IMG/VR virus record: IMGVR_UViG_3300035199_000963
Coordinates: 1 to 55,136 of that record
Strand: one strand, 5' to 3'
Source of the DNA: a virus
Lineage: Duplodnaviria > Caudoviricetes
DNA: 55,136 nt
The number at the start of each line of letters is the position of its first letter. Positions within the stretch are counted from its first letter, which is position 1. The translations under genes were made by a program, and so were the position numbers. The notes under the pieces are model-generated. The model saw nothing but the letters and a program-made list of their open reading frames with translations, made no database searches and was not told where the DNA came from. Positions 39,918 to 49,034 of the stretch are shown piece by piece.

Positions 39918-40591
39918 TTTCTCTTGAAAGTCCTATATTTCTCGCGCATTTTGTTGAGATTATTGACAACTTGCTTGGTATTCAAACCAGTTATCTCTCT
40001 CATATACAGGTAAATAGCTTTTTTATTAAAAATTTCAATATCATCTGGTTCAGTTAGCAATATTTTAACTGCTTCGTACACCTTACGTTCGTTGACCTTC
40101 ATTCCGTCGCCCAGATCCCACGATTGCATCTCTGTCCAAAGGAAACCCCAGAACTCTTCTTTCTCTCGTAATCTATGATATCCTAAGTCTGTCGACAGAT
40201 GAGTATGTTCAAGATCCTTTGATATATCCTCAAAGTAAACCTCACGTTTATTTTGCTGAGATATCTTCTTTACTTTGTGAATAAACCAGTTTTTGGTTAT
40301 AACACTGAAGTATGAGAATGCTTTTGAGCCTTTGTTGGGATCATATTTGTCTAATATTGTGGTCAGCCAGAGCTTGCATTCCTCGCTTAGTGAGTCAATG
40401 TTGGGAAGAGTTGTAAATTTATAGGTATAAACGATCTTATTTACCATTTCGTTGAACGCTGGTTCGATGAATTCAATGTAAAGCTCTGTTTTTATTTGTA
40501 AATCGTCCGTTAAAGCATATTTTACAATTGCGTTTTCGTGATCTTTTGTAAAATAATACCGCTTGGTATCTTTTTTGCGTTGGCTTGCCAC
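39896..40591 (-). CDS. phage RNA polymerase sigma factor (gp55-like, probably late)
   Basis: 231 aa. Region 2-like LDKYDPNKGSKAFSYFSVITKNWFI and C-terminal HTH-like YMREITGLNTKQVVNNLNKMR. Confidence 0.75.
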   Translation of the reverse strand: MASQRKKDTKRYYFTKDHENAIVKYALTDDLQIKTELYIEFIEPAFNEMVNKIVYTYKFTTLPNIDSLSEECKLWLTTILDKYDPNKGSKAFSYFSVITKNWFIHKVKKISQQNKREVYFEDISKDLEHTHLSTDLGYHRLREKEEFWGFLWTEMQSWDLGDGMKVNERKVYEAVKILLTEPDDIEIFNKKAIYLYMREITGLNTKQVVNNLNKMREKYRTFKRKWDEGKI

Positions 40592-40938
40592 TATGCTGCC
40601 TCAGTCTCTTCAGAAACTTCTTCCTCAGAGAGTTGATCTGACCATTTAAAAGCCTCATCAATTTGTTCGTCATCGATGAGGAAGATCTCTACGTACTCCT
40701 TCACACTAGCGTTAATGATCTGGGTATGTTCTAAAAGGTTTTGCAGAATGGGTTCTCCAAAAAAAGTGTCCATCGAATACACCGCTTTCAGGTGGGACTC
40801 ATACCCATTGAGATTATATTGCAAATCAGAAATCCCCTCAGAATAAGTGGTAAACTTACTCAGCACTGCGCGCAGATAAAGAACCAAAAAAACGTTGAGC
40901 ACAATTGATAGTGCTAACCCAAAATATATCCAATTCAC
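40591..40938 (-). CDS. hypothetical membrane-anchored protein
   Basis: 115 aa; N-terminal hydrophobic helix WIYFGLALSIVLNVFLVLYL and acidic tail. Confidence 0.65.
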   Translation of the reverse strand: MNWIYFGLALSIVLNVFLVLYLRAVLSKFTTYSEGISDLQYNLNGYESHLKAVYSMDTFFGEPILQNLLEHTQIINASVKEYVEIFLIDDEQIDEAFKWSDQLSEEEVSEETEAA

Positions 40939-41204
40939 TTTTTTGTTTCCTTTTTCATTTCTTTCTTTTGCTGTTCAAGATCCTTCCTTGAGTCCTCAAT
41001 AAACCTCTTTACTGTCGCTCCTACGCGTTTTGGAGAGGCTTCTGTATTGGGACGATGGATGTTGACAACTCCGAAGAGTTTTTTAACGGGGGCCGACTCT
41101 GTACACTCACTTATGTCTGCACAAGTTTCTATTTTTTCACAAAGAGTGTGAATAGACTCAATCTCTTTTTCACACTCTAAGCACACATAAGTGTAACGCG
41201 GCAT
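40935..41204 (-). CDS. FmdB-like zinc-ribbon protein
   Basis: 89 aa; MPRYTYVCLEC...TCADISEC. Confidence 0.75.
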   Translation of the reverse strand: MPRYTYVCLECEKEIESIHTLCEKIETCADISECTESAPVKKLFGVVNIHRPNTEASPKRVGATVKRFIEDSRKDLEQQKKEMKKETKK

Positions 41205-41545
41205 TAACTGTCGTCAGCATCCGTAGCGTTAACTTTGACTGTTGCTTTCGCGCGCTTCTTTGATGGTGCACGACGACTTGGAGCTTTCTTGGCTCTCGTC
41301 TTTGTGGTGGCCTTTTTCTTTTTAGTCTTGGTCTTGGTCACAGGAGTAGTAGTCTCCTCTGACACAGCATTAATGCGCTCAAAGTCATCATTAAACCTCA
41401 CAATAGGGGGGTTCATCACAACCAGTCCCGTATCAGAACTTTGAAACTTAAACCCTTTCAAAACTGGAACAATATCTGATTGTTCCATTAGGCTCTTCTG
41501 AAGAGCCATCATAACTGCGCCTAGCGCTTGATCTGATAATTGCAT
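41204..41545 (-). CDS. small protein with Lys/Ala/Thr-rich basic tail
   Basis: Start moved to ATG 41545 (AAAGGAG SD 5 nt upstream). Tail KTKTKKKKATTKTRAKKAPSRRAPSKKRAKATVK. Confidence 0.65.
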   Translation of the reverse strand: MQLSDQALGAVMMALQKSLMEQSDIVPVLKGFKFQSSDTGLVVMNPPIVRFNDDFERINAVSEETTTPVTKTKTKKKKATTKTRAKKAPSRRAPSKKRAKATVKVNATDADDS

Positions 41546-41555
41546 TTTTTCTCCT

Positions 41556-42509
41556 TTACCATACAAAATTATCCTTATAATACTTCACTATGGAACCAAT
41601 TTCCTCGTCAAAATTCTTCTTCGGTTCCCAACCTAAACTCCTCAATTTGTCATCGTTTAGGGCGTAACGTACATCCTGTCCGGGTCGTACGTAGGACAAA
41701 TCTACATACGATTCCCAATTAATCTCTGTATCATTATAATATGATTCAATTATTTTTTTAACTGTTAACCTGTTTTCTTGCTCAAAACCGCCTGCTATAT
41801 TAAAAATCTCATTCTTAATCCCACTTTCTATGATGGTTGTGACGGCTGTTGCAGTGTCGGCCGCATGGAGCCAGTTCCGTATTGGCTCTCCCTTGTTGTG
41901 AAGCCTCACCTTCTTGGCGCCTTGTAGCAGTTTTACCGTGAGGGGAATCAACTTTTCAGGATATTGTCTTTCCCCGTAGTTATTTGTCGGTCTCAAAATA
42001 ACATACTCTATTCCGTATGTTCGAGCCCACGATGTAACCAGCAGGTCAGCAGCAGCCTTGGAGGCTGAGTAAGGGTTACTAGGGTTTAGATAATCTTCTT
42101 CCGTGTGTTCTCCCTCGGTAATGTCTCCATAAACCTCGTCTGTACTAACTTGCAAGAAGATGGGTCGTTCGCGAACGTTTGTGGGTTTGTTCTTAATAAG
42201 ATCTAAAAGATTCTTAACCCCTTCAACATTAGAGTGGATGAAGTCGGTACTATCGATAATGCTGTTGCCAACGTGCGTCTCAGCAGCTACGTTGACCAAG
42301 TAATCACAATCAGGAAGATTCTTTAAATCGCAAATGTCCTTCTCTAGAAACGTGAAGTTCTCGTTCTTCAAAAAGGCTCTAACCGCTTCACGGCGGCCCG
42401 CATACGTGAATTTATCAATCCCCAAAACACGATAGCCGATACGCAGAGCTTCTTCTGCGATGTGAGAACCTATAAAACCTGCGACTCCCGTGATAACAAC
42501 GTTCTTCAC
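41556..42509 (-). CDS. rfbB: dTDP-glucose 4,6-dehydratase (NDP-sugar dehydratase, extended SDR)
   Basis: TGVAGFIGS, AAETHV, VSTDEVYG, YSASKA, NNYGERQYPEKLIP and RPGQDVRYA motifs. Confidence 0.9.
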   Translation of the reverse strand: MKNVVITGVAGFIGSHIAEEALRIGYRVLGIDKFTYAGRREAVRAFLKNENFTFLEKDICDLKNLPDCDYLVNVAAETHVGNSIIDSTDFIHSNVEGVKNLLDLIKNKPTNVRERPIFLQVSTDEVYGDITEGEHTEEDYLNPSNPYSASKAAADLLVTSWARTYGIEYVILRPTNNYGERQYPEKLIPLTVKLLQGAKKVRLHNKGEPIRNWLHAADTATAVTTIIESGIKNEIFNIAGGFEQENRLTVKKIIESYYNDTEINWESYVDLSYVRPGQDVRYALNDDKLRSLGWEPKKNFDEEIGSIVKYYKDNFVW

Positions 42510-42940
42510 TCTAAAAGCCCCACATAATCACTGCAAATACCAGCCAAACCTTTAAGTGCGGTGGCTTGCGTTTCTTCTGCGGAATGACATACGATAACCG
42601 ATCTCTTGCCTACTGACTTTTCAGGGTAGGTCCAAATATAACCTTTGCTTGTCAAAGTAAAGTCATCGGTCTGGTGCCAGAAACAATGCACGTCGTTTTC
42701 TACCATTCTTTCCAAGGCTTCCCGTGATTTGGCGTGGCACCAAAGTCCAGGCGTCTTTAAGAATTCTATGTCCACTTCGTGCATGGACTCATCATGTCCC
42801 AGATAAAACTTATTATCAATATACCACACATCTATCTCGCTATCATAGCCACCCTTTAGCGCCTCTTGGATATATGCCGGGCTGTTCTCTCGTGTGGGGT
42901 TGCGGCCGTGCGTATTGCCACGATGTGCAATTAAAATCAT
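42506..42940 (-). CDS. small GDPD/PI-PLC-like phosphodiesterase-fold protein
   Basis: 144 aa; LIAHRGN...ENS...GYDSEIDVW...LGHD...ICSDYV. Confidence 0.7.
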   Translation of the reverse strand: MILIAHRGNTHGRNPTRENSPAYIQEALKGGYDSEIDVWYIDNKFYLGHDESMHEVDIEFLKTPGLWCHAKSREALERMVENDVHCFWHQTDDFTLTSKGYIWTYPEKSVGKRSVIVCHSAEETQATALKGLAGICSDYVGLLE

Positions 42941-43971
42941 TTCATCTTCTCCAGAAGTTTATCACCGATATTGTAAACTTTTCCATCCATGGGAATCGAG
43001 GGAGAATGGAGGCGGTTGCGCATTTCTAGTGTTTTGATACTAGAGAATTCTTGAATATGTAAAAACAGCATTCTTTCTAAATTGATGCCGGAGGGAGTAT
43101 TCATCTCCTTGCAGAGAACAGACTCAGAGTTTTCTAATGAATCGTGCATATACTCTAGGAGTCGTGAATATTTAAACATATTTTCTGAGGAAGAGATGGC
43201 AAACTGATCATTACAAATACGTGTGGGGTCGAAATAGTGAACGGTGGTGAGTGACTCTTCATATTGCTGGAGGGGTGTGTCGCATGCCGCGGCTGACTTA
43301 GTTAGAATTGAAAGCTGGTGGGGGTCGTCTTTCATCGCTGCCACCTCCTCTTCTGTGTAGGTGCCTCCATGACCATTCGAACTGGGAACACATATTTGAT
43401 TGGGATCAATATGCTCGACGGGAATGGGATCTAAAAATATGGTATCAGGTCGAACTCGCATTACATAATCATATCTAAAGTTATTTTCTTCCTCAAATCG
43501 CCGACACAATTCATGAGATTTCATAACCGAATAGTATTGACTGTTGTAGGCGGTCGCCGTAGTCGATTGGGGATGTATAAATTTTTCTAAAACAAAGTTT
43601 TCTCGTGTTAGTTCTTTTTCCATTTGATAGTAGATGGGACTACAGGAATCCATAAAATTAACGAAATATGTCTGAAATTTCTCTACAATCTCTGGAGATG
43701 CTTCTGCCGGATATGAGTTAGCTACGGCTTTTGCGTATTTGGTATGCGTCTTGGGGGTTAGATTAGTCGCGTCTGGGTTATGTTCAAGTCTCTTCTTAAG
43801 CCACCCTGACTGTTCTACACTTGTCCAAAAATGAACAAATGAATTTACCTCATAACCCTGTTCTGCAAAAGGTACGATAATATTATTAAGAAAAGTATGT
43901 GTAGCGAAAGGATCGAGCCGTGGCTGACCCGAGAAACAAACCGCCACACGTTTACGTTTAGTCGTCGTCAT
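42937..43971 (-). CDS. putative glycosyltransferase (paralog of 50419-51300)
   Basis: VAVCFSGQPR...SQYYS...YDYVMRVRPD...NDQFAISSSENMFKY; located in the sugar cluster. Confidence 0.5.
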   Translation of the reverse strand: MTTTKRKRVAVCFSGQPRLDPFATHTFLNNIIVPFAEQGYEVNSFVHFWTSVEQSGWLKKRLEHNPDATNLTPKTHTKYAKAVANSYPAEASPEIVEKFQTYFVNFMDSCSPIYYQMEKELTRENFVLEKFIHPQSTTATAYNSQYYSVMKSHELCRRFEEENNFRYDYVMRVRPDTIFLDPIPVEHIDPNQICVPSSNGHGGTYTEEEVAAMKDDPHQLSILTKSAAACDTPLQQYEESLTTVHYFDPTRICNDQFAISSSENMFKYSRLLEYMHDSLENSESVLCKEMNTPSGINLERMLFLHIQEFSSIKTLEMRNRLHSPSIPMDGKVYNIGDKLLEKMK

Positions 43972-44882
43972 TTTATATATCCATGTTCGCGAAGCCAGTG
44001 TGAAAAGAGTGTATCGCTCTCTAAGAAGCCCACAACTTCTTTATATTGTTCCTCCTTGTGCCCACCAACCTTACCCTGGTTTGTGATATGGTACTTAGTT
44101 AATAGACTAGGTGTGTCCTTGTCTTTCTCAATGCCCTCTTTTAAGACAAACTCTGGAAGGCCGTCGACCAGCGCAAGGATCTCATCTATAAAATGAGAGG
44201 GCAATTCGTCGGGATTACCAAAAAGACTGTTGTATATCGAGCGTGCAATCTGATGTTTTTGGTCGTTGTCTCCCAAAATATAATCTTCGTAAACGAACTC
44301 ATAATCACTACGGTTTTTCCAGGTACTGTGGCAGGTGAGTTGCTCGACGGCGATGGCGCAAGGATCAATCATTTCCTCCGGACTTTGCTGCGCTTTTCTT
44401 CTACATAATGATACCACAGAGTCTCTCAAATCCCTGCGAGGTGTCAGCACCTTACAATTTGGGAGGGTAGCGGCAAGATGATGAATGATAGGGTAATACC
44501 CGTGTGTTTTTACCACCAGCGCACACTTCTCGGCGGTGTTGTCGGAAGGTCCCAAATCGAAAAAGCCGCCTTCATGGATTGTAAAAGTAGCCACGTCGTC
44601 GCTTGATTTTATTCCCAAAGAAGAATCTCCGGAGTTAATATAGGCTATCTCGGAAAGAGGCCCGTGAGACACATAATCATACTTTCGTGGAGAGACCGCT
44701 ATTAAAGCCTTAACCATATTATACAATAAAGTAGAACCTGATTGTCCCATCCCAGCTATGATCACCAGTAGCCCTTCAGGGTGTTGTGCTAAACGTGGCG
44801 CCAAATACTGCTTTACAAAAGCAATCATCTTGGCGTCGTCCGGTGCGCGTATGGGTGCTGATGGCTTGGGTATTACCTTCAT
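43968..44882 (-). CDS. sulfotransferase-family protein
   Basis: 5'-PSB-like IIAGMGQSGSTLLYN, VVKTH, 3'-PB RDLRDSVVS and YED motifs. Confidence 0.7.
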   Translation of the reverse strand: MKVIPKPSAPIRAPDDAKMIAFVKQYLAPRLAQHPEGLLVIIAGMGQSGSTLLYNMVKALIAVSPRKYDYVSHGPLSEIAYINSGDSSLGIKSSDDVATFTIHEGGFFDLGPSDNTAEKCALVVKTHGYYPIIHHLAATLPNCKVLTPRRDLRDSVVSLCRRKAQQSPEEMIDPCAIAVEQLTCHSTWKNRSDYEFVYEDYILGDNDQKHQIARSIYNSLFGNPDELPSHFIDEILALVDGLPEFVLKEGIEKDKDTPSLLTKYHITNQGKVGGHKEEQYKEVVGFLESDTLFSHWLREHGYIK

Positions 44883-45592
44883 CGGTTCTCCAAAAAGTGT
44901 TTAAGATCTTCCGGCGTCCCAATGCCCCACATCTTGTGTACATAAAATGGAATCAGCGACTGACCTTCTTCTATAAGTTCGTTATATACGGGAGCAATAT
45001 AGAATTCATTATTAACACGGATGTTCTTCTGAATCATCTTCTTTGCGTGCCTCACGAAGTCAGATCCCTTCCGATACCAGTAAATGCCACATGTGGCGAT
45101 GTTGGATATAGGCTTCTTTTCTGCAACCTGAGTGATATATCCTCGTGAATTTGTCTTTACAAACGACCATTTAGGGTGCACTGCGTTAAAAGTGAACACG
45201 ATAGCATCGGTGCTTGTTAAGTTTTTAAAGGCTTTGAAATTTTCTGCCTCATACTCAATATATTGATCCGAGTTTGCGATAAGAAGGTCTTCATCGTTAT
45301 CTATATGCTCTTCTGCCAGTAATGCGGTACAAGCCGCACCCTCCGTAAGTCCATCGACTACAACGTACTTAAACCGGTCATTGGTAATGCGGCCGAGCGT
45401 ATCCAACATTCCTTCATACTTCTGGACATGTTCTCTTCGTACCAAGAAAATGTACTCGCAATCAAAATCTAAATTCTCAACAACCGTCTGAATCATTGGC
45501 TTTCCGCCGACGTCTATTAGTGGTTTGGGGAAGGTGTATCCCTCTTTAACAAAGCGACTTCCCTCACCCGCCATAGGAATTAAAATTTTCAT
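44879..45592 (-). CDS. sugar-phosphate nucleotidyltransferase (GT-A fold)
   Basis: LIPMAGEGSRF...PKPLIDVGGKPMI...EGAACT...IANSDQ...VAEKKPIS...VNNEFYIAPVYN...GIGTPEDL. Confidence 0.85.
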   Translation of the reverse strand: MKILIPMAGEGSRFVKEGYTFPKPLIDVGGKPMIQTVVENLDFDCEYIFLVRREHVQKYEGMLDTLGRITNDRFKYVVVDGLTEGAACTALLAEEHIDNDEDLLIANSDQYIEYEAENFKAFKNLTSTDAIVFTFNAVHPKWSFVKTNSRGYITQVAEKKPISNIATCGIYWYRKGSDFVRHAKKMIQKNIRVNNEFYIAPVYNELIEEGQSLIPFYVHKMWGIGTPEDLKHFLENR

Positions 45593-46202
45593 TTATGTGA
45601 TCCTCCACTGTATTTTTTGTAACCTGTTCGGAGTTCTTTACCTCCATCACACTACACCCTGATGCGTAGGCGGACGCTAGTCCCTTAGGAGAGTCTTCGA
45701 CTATCAACGTCTCAGATGCAGTCACTTTATAGTGCTCCAGTATCTTAAGATAGCCTTCAGGGTGAGGCTTAGCCTCGTGTACATCCTGATTAGTCACCAA
45801 CATGTCAAGATGCTCATAGACCCCTGTTTTTTCAAGCATCAACGTTGCAGTCTCTCGAATGCTGTTTGTAAAGCATGCTACATTTATTGAGTTACCCTTA
45901 AGCCATGTAATAAGCTCTATTTTCTCATTGCGCTTTTTGGCTAAGCGCTCGATGATTTCGACTGTTTTCGCTTGTTTAAGTTCATTAACAAGAGGTGACT
46001 GCTCAGGAGTTAAGGTACCAGCCTCTACTAATAAATTTAGCTTAGTTTTCGTCGGGAGTCCGTTAAAAGTAGTATAGTGTTCCTCAATTGGTATCTCCCA
46101 ACCAGCCACCTCTTGTAATGCCTCGTTCAAGGCAACGCGGTGCCACTCACAAGCCTCTACCAGCACTCCATCCATGTCAAAGATTACCAGACGTAAACTC
46201 AA
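45564..46202 (-). CDS. HAD-superfamily phosphatase (subfamily IA)
   Basis: IFDMDGVL, TNS, KPHPEGY and VEDSPKG motifs; TTG start. Confidence 0.88.
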   Translation of the reverse strand: MSLRLVIFDMDGVLVEACEWHRVALNEALQEVAGWEIPIEEHYTTFNGLPTKTKLNLLVEAGTLTPEQSPLVNELKQAKTVEIIERLAKKRNEKIELITWLKGNSINVACFTNSIRETATLMLEKTGVYEHLDMLVTNQDVHEAKPHPEGYLKILEHYKVTASETLIVEDSPKGLASAYASGCSVMEVKNSEQVTKNTVEDHINENFNSYGG

Positions 46203-46918
46203 CAGATACCTCGTTTTTCATAATTTATATCGTACTCTGACAAAATGGTGTCCAATTCAGCGGGATAATCAGAAAAATTCCACTTTCCCTTGACCACAGC
46301 AGTGGCCACATACGGATAGATGGAACTGTCCCAATGAAACTGTCCTCGCTTGGCATCGGATTCGGTGAAAGCCATTGCGGTCTTAATCTGGAAATGGTTG
46401 CTAACTCGGGAAGAGTGAGCTTCGAACTCCCATATGTTATCGCCCCCAGTTTTATCGTAAATTAAGTTCAGCTTCTCTTTATTACAGAGGCTAGGCTGAA
46501 TAGCAAATTGCAAATCAGCGGGGTTATAATATAAATGGGAAGTGCCGGGGACTTGTGGTGGCAGTTTATCTGTGTAAGATGCTCTAATGAGTTTGATGAT
46601 ATCAATGTCTTCGTTTTCTATGAGCTTGGCAAACTCGTTAAGCCTGTCATGGTCAGGCTCTCCGTATAGAAACATGTCCTCATGATGAAAAAGCACTACC
46701 TCTTCAGAAACCGATTCTAGGCAGTAAGTAATCCTCTGCTGATATCTCTCCTCATCATCATACCGAATCAATTCCCAATTATCTCGCTCCAATTCTGGTG
46801 TCGACTGATCGGAGAAAAGATACTTCTTAACATCAGGCAGATATTTATCAGTCTGCCCAAACATGGCGGGCCAAACGTCCGAATAGTCAGAGTGAGAGTA
46901 AAAAATGACTGCGTACAT
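46199..46918 (-). CDS. putative glycosyltransferase-like protein
   Basis: 239 aa; VLFHHEDMFL (DxD-like), IWEFE and AVVKGKW; cluster context. Confidence 0.45.
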   Translation of the reverse strand: MYAVIFYSHSDYSDVWPAMFGQTDKYLPDVKKYLFSDQSTPELERDNWELIRYDDEERYQQRITYCLESVSEEVVLFHHEDMFLYGEPDHDRLNEFAKLIENEDIDIIKLIRASYTDKLPPQVPGTSHLYYNPADLQFAIQPSLCNKEKLNLIYDKTGGDNIWEFEAHSSRVSNHFQIKTAMAFTESDAKRGQFHWDSSIYPYVATAVVKGKWNFSDYPAELDTILSEYDINYEKRGIC

Positions 46919-46922
46919 ATTC

Positions 46923-47729
46923 CTACCCTAAGAACGCTTTGACAAAGTCCGTGTGAGCCTGTTCACCACATTCGTCCATTTGCTCAAAGAAGCTTACGGA
47001 AAGCTCTCGGTTGACTTCGTTGATGAATGGAGAAAACTTGTCGTGAACCAGTTCCTGCTTCCCATAGTGTGTCAGTTGCTCGGCCCCAGTTTCCATAATT
47101 TGGTCCCAAACCCGAGTTCCAATAGTAGGAACAGTCCCTTGGTTGCAGACTCTCTCTAGCCCATCTAGTGTACGCATACTGCCAGCAATGATTTCTGCCC
47201 CGGTATTCTTTCTCTTCTGGGCAAATGTTACATGCGCTGTGGCATCTAGTCCTTTTTCTTCCATGCGACCAGGGATTAGACTCACGTAGCGAACGTTATA
47301 GGTAAAGCAGGATAGGGCTGTAGAACAGTCGGCAACACCCGTGACATTCGTTTCCATATACTTATTAAGATCATCAACAATCTCCAGGACCGGATGATAC
47401 GGAGGAATCTTGAGTCCGAGGCGAGTCGAGCCGTCATTGAATGTGTGGATATATTGCGCCCACCGTAAAATATCGGCTGGATCCATGCCTGACCAGGGCG
47501 CTTGTACATATACAACCCCCTTATCATCTTGGCGGATTGAGGTGACCAACTCGCACAGTTTAGGTAAGTGCCCAGTCCACTGCTCAAGCCTTAGCATATC
47601 CACCTTTTTAAATGCATTTGGGTTGGTGGTTATACCTCGAACGTGTTTGCCGTCGATCGTAGATTGTACCCTATCCCAAACATTTTGTATGTAGCCTATG
47701 TCGGCAGTATCAAAAAAGAAATCAAACAT
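46923..47729 (-). CDS. divergent transaldolase / fructose-6-phosphate aldolase family protein
   Basis: FFDTAD, GITTNP, LKIP (Schiff-base Lys), TNVT, SLIPGR and AGSMR motifs; SD GAGGAG. Confidence 0.78.
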   Translation of the reverse strand: MFDFFFDTADIGYIQNVWDRVQSTIDGKHVRGITTNPNAFKKVDMLRLEQWTGHLPKLCELVTSIRQDDKGVVYVQAPWSGMDPADILRWAQYIHTFNDGSTRLGLKIPPYHPVLEIVDDLNKYMETNVTGVADCSTALSCFTYNVRYVSLIPGRMEEKGLDATAHVTFAQKRKNTGAEIIAGSMRTLDGLERVCNQGTVPTIGTRVWDQIMETGAEQLTHYGKQELVHDKFSPFINEVNRELSVSFFEQMDECGEQAHTDFVKAFLG

Positions 47730-48087
47730 ATTTTTTCTCCTCAGCTTTTAAAAGCGTGTCTTTAACGTTTTTCCAGTTTGTAAATTTTATACCTTTATCG
47801 TCGATAAAAAAATCAACATGCGGTTTACCAAATAATAGTTCATCGTAGGGTACGCGGTATTTGTCTAGCCAATCAATGACCAATTTCCCCTGATTTGCAA
47901 TAACTCTTCCTAGGTTGTTTTCGCACGTCCTCATATTACGCGCAGTGAAGATAACAATATAATAGCCTCTTTGTTTTAAGAACTCAAGCGTATCAATCGC
48001 TCCCTCTAAAGGCTTGACGTCAGCATAACTCTGTCCAGCGGACTTTGTCTCGCAGATTGTCCCATCTAGATCTACACAAATCTTCAC
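47722..48087 (-). CDS. capless HAD phosphatase, EcbF/BcbF capsule-biosynthesis type
   Basis: 121 aa; CVDLDGTIC...IFTARNMRT...WLDKYRVPYDELLFGKP...FIDDK. Confidence 0.8.
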   Translation of the reverse strand: MKICVDLDGTICETKSAGQSYADVKPLEGAIDTLEFLKQRGYYIVIFTARNMRTCENNLGRVIANQGKLVIDWLDKYRVPYDELLFGKPHVDFFIDDKGIKFTNWKNVKDTLLKAEEKKYV

Positions 48088-49034
48088 TGTTGCAATGCCT
48101 CGTTCAGTGTTTTCACGCCAGTCAAATACATGGCGAGTTGTCTATCTTCGCTATCATAGTGCCGGGAACACATCCCTATGTAGATGAGTCCCTCTATCAA
48201 TTTTGACCTTTGATCATGAAAACCTTCAAAGACTTCAGCTATTTTCTCTTTATTATTGTTAGCAAAGGATAAACCAAACTCAGTCAAGGTGGCGTCTTCT
48301 TCGATCTGGAATTGATCATAGATGATGTATTCATAGCCACCATGGTATGAGTGTACCAGCTTCGCATAATCGTACAGTGGATCACCATAAATTCCGTCTT
48401 CACCAAAGTGGCCACGTGGATCCACAAACTTCAAAACGCAAACATTGGTTTTCTGGTTAACTCCACACAATATGTTCGAAAAACACATGTCTCCGTGAAT
48501 GATGGACATCTGTTCTAGTGGAAGCAAGCGGGTGTTGATTTGCTCTTTTACATCCTCCCAGATGTGTTTAAAATTGAGATACTTGACCCCATTAAAAAGC
48601 AAGTGCTCCTTCTCGCTAATCTCTTTAAATTTTGGAAGCTTCAGGAGTTCCTTATAATATCTTTCCGTCTTCTCAATATACATGGCTTCAGCGTAAGGAC
48701 TGTAATCCTTCTGCTTCTTTGAGCCAGCGAATGATTGCAACGTTGAGGATAGTGCTTCAGCTACGCTTAGCCAGAATTGTGGGTTGAAGTCTTGATAGAC
48801 CATGTAGTCGCCCAAGTTATCATATGCGTAGTATTCAAGTTCCATCTGATGTGTTCCGCCATCGAGGGAGGATCCAATAAGTCGCGGGAAATAAACCTCG
48901 TTTGAGTTCCCTTTTATCCCCTGATAATAGGAGATCTCATCATGAAGCCGTTGTTCCTTACTCTTCTTTGTAATTGTTCCTGCTGATGCATTGATTTCAA
49001 ACGAATTATAGGCTCTCGTTATATGCTGCCTCAT
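48084..49034 (-). CDS. APH/choline-kinase-fold sugar kinase (capsule biosynthesis type)
   Basis: IIHGDMCFSNIL (Brenner motif), FVDPRG and GDPLYDYAKL. Confidence 0.75.
   Translation of the reverse strand: MRQHITRAYNSFEINASAGTITKKSKEQRLHDEISYYQGIKGNSNEVYFPRLIGSSLDGGTHQMELEYYAYDNLGDYMVYQDFNPQFWLSVAEALSSTLQSFAGSKKQKDYSPYAEAMYIEKTERYYKELLKLPKFKEISEKEHLLFNGVKYLNFKHIWEDVKEQINTRLLPLEQMSIIHGDMCFSNILCGVNQKTNVCVLKFVDPRGHFGEDGIYGDPLYDYAKLVHSYHGGYEYIIYDQFQIEEDATLTEFGLSFANNNKEKIAEVFEGFHDQRSKLIEGLIYIGMCSRHYDSEDRQLAMYLTGVKTLNEALQQ

Noticed and set aside
46923-47729. Cyanophage-type talC auxiliary metabolic gene implying a cyanobacterial host
   Set aside because: The protein is longer and divergent, sits inside a glycan cluster, and has no photosynthesis or PPP genes nearby; the host cannot be inferred from this window.
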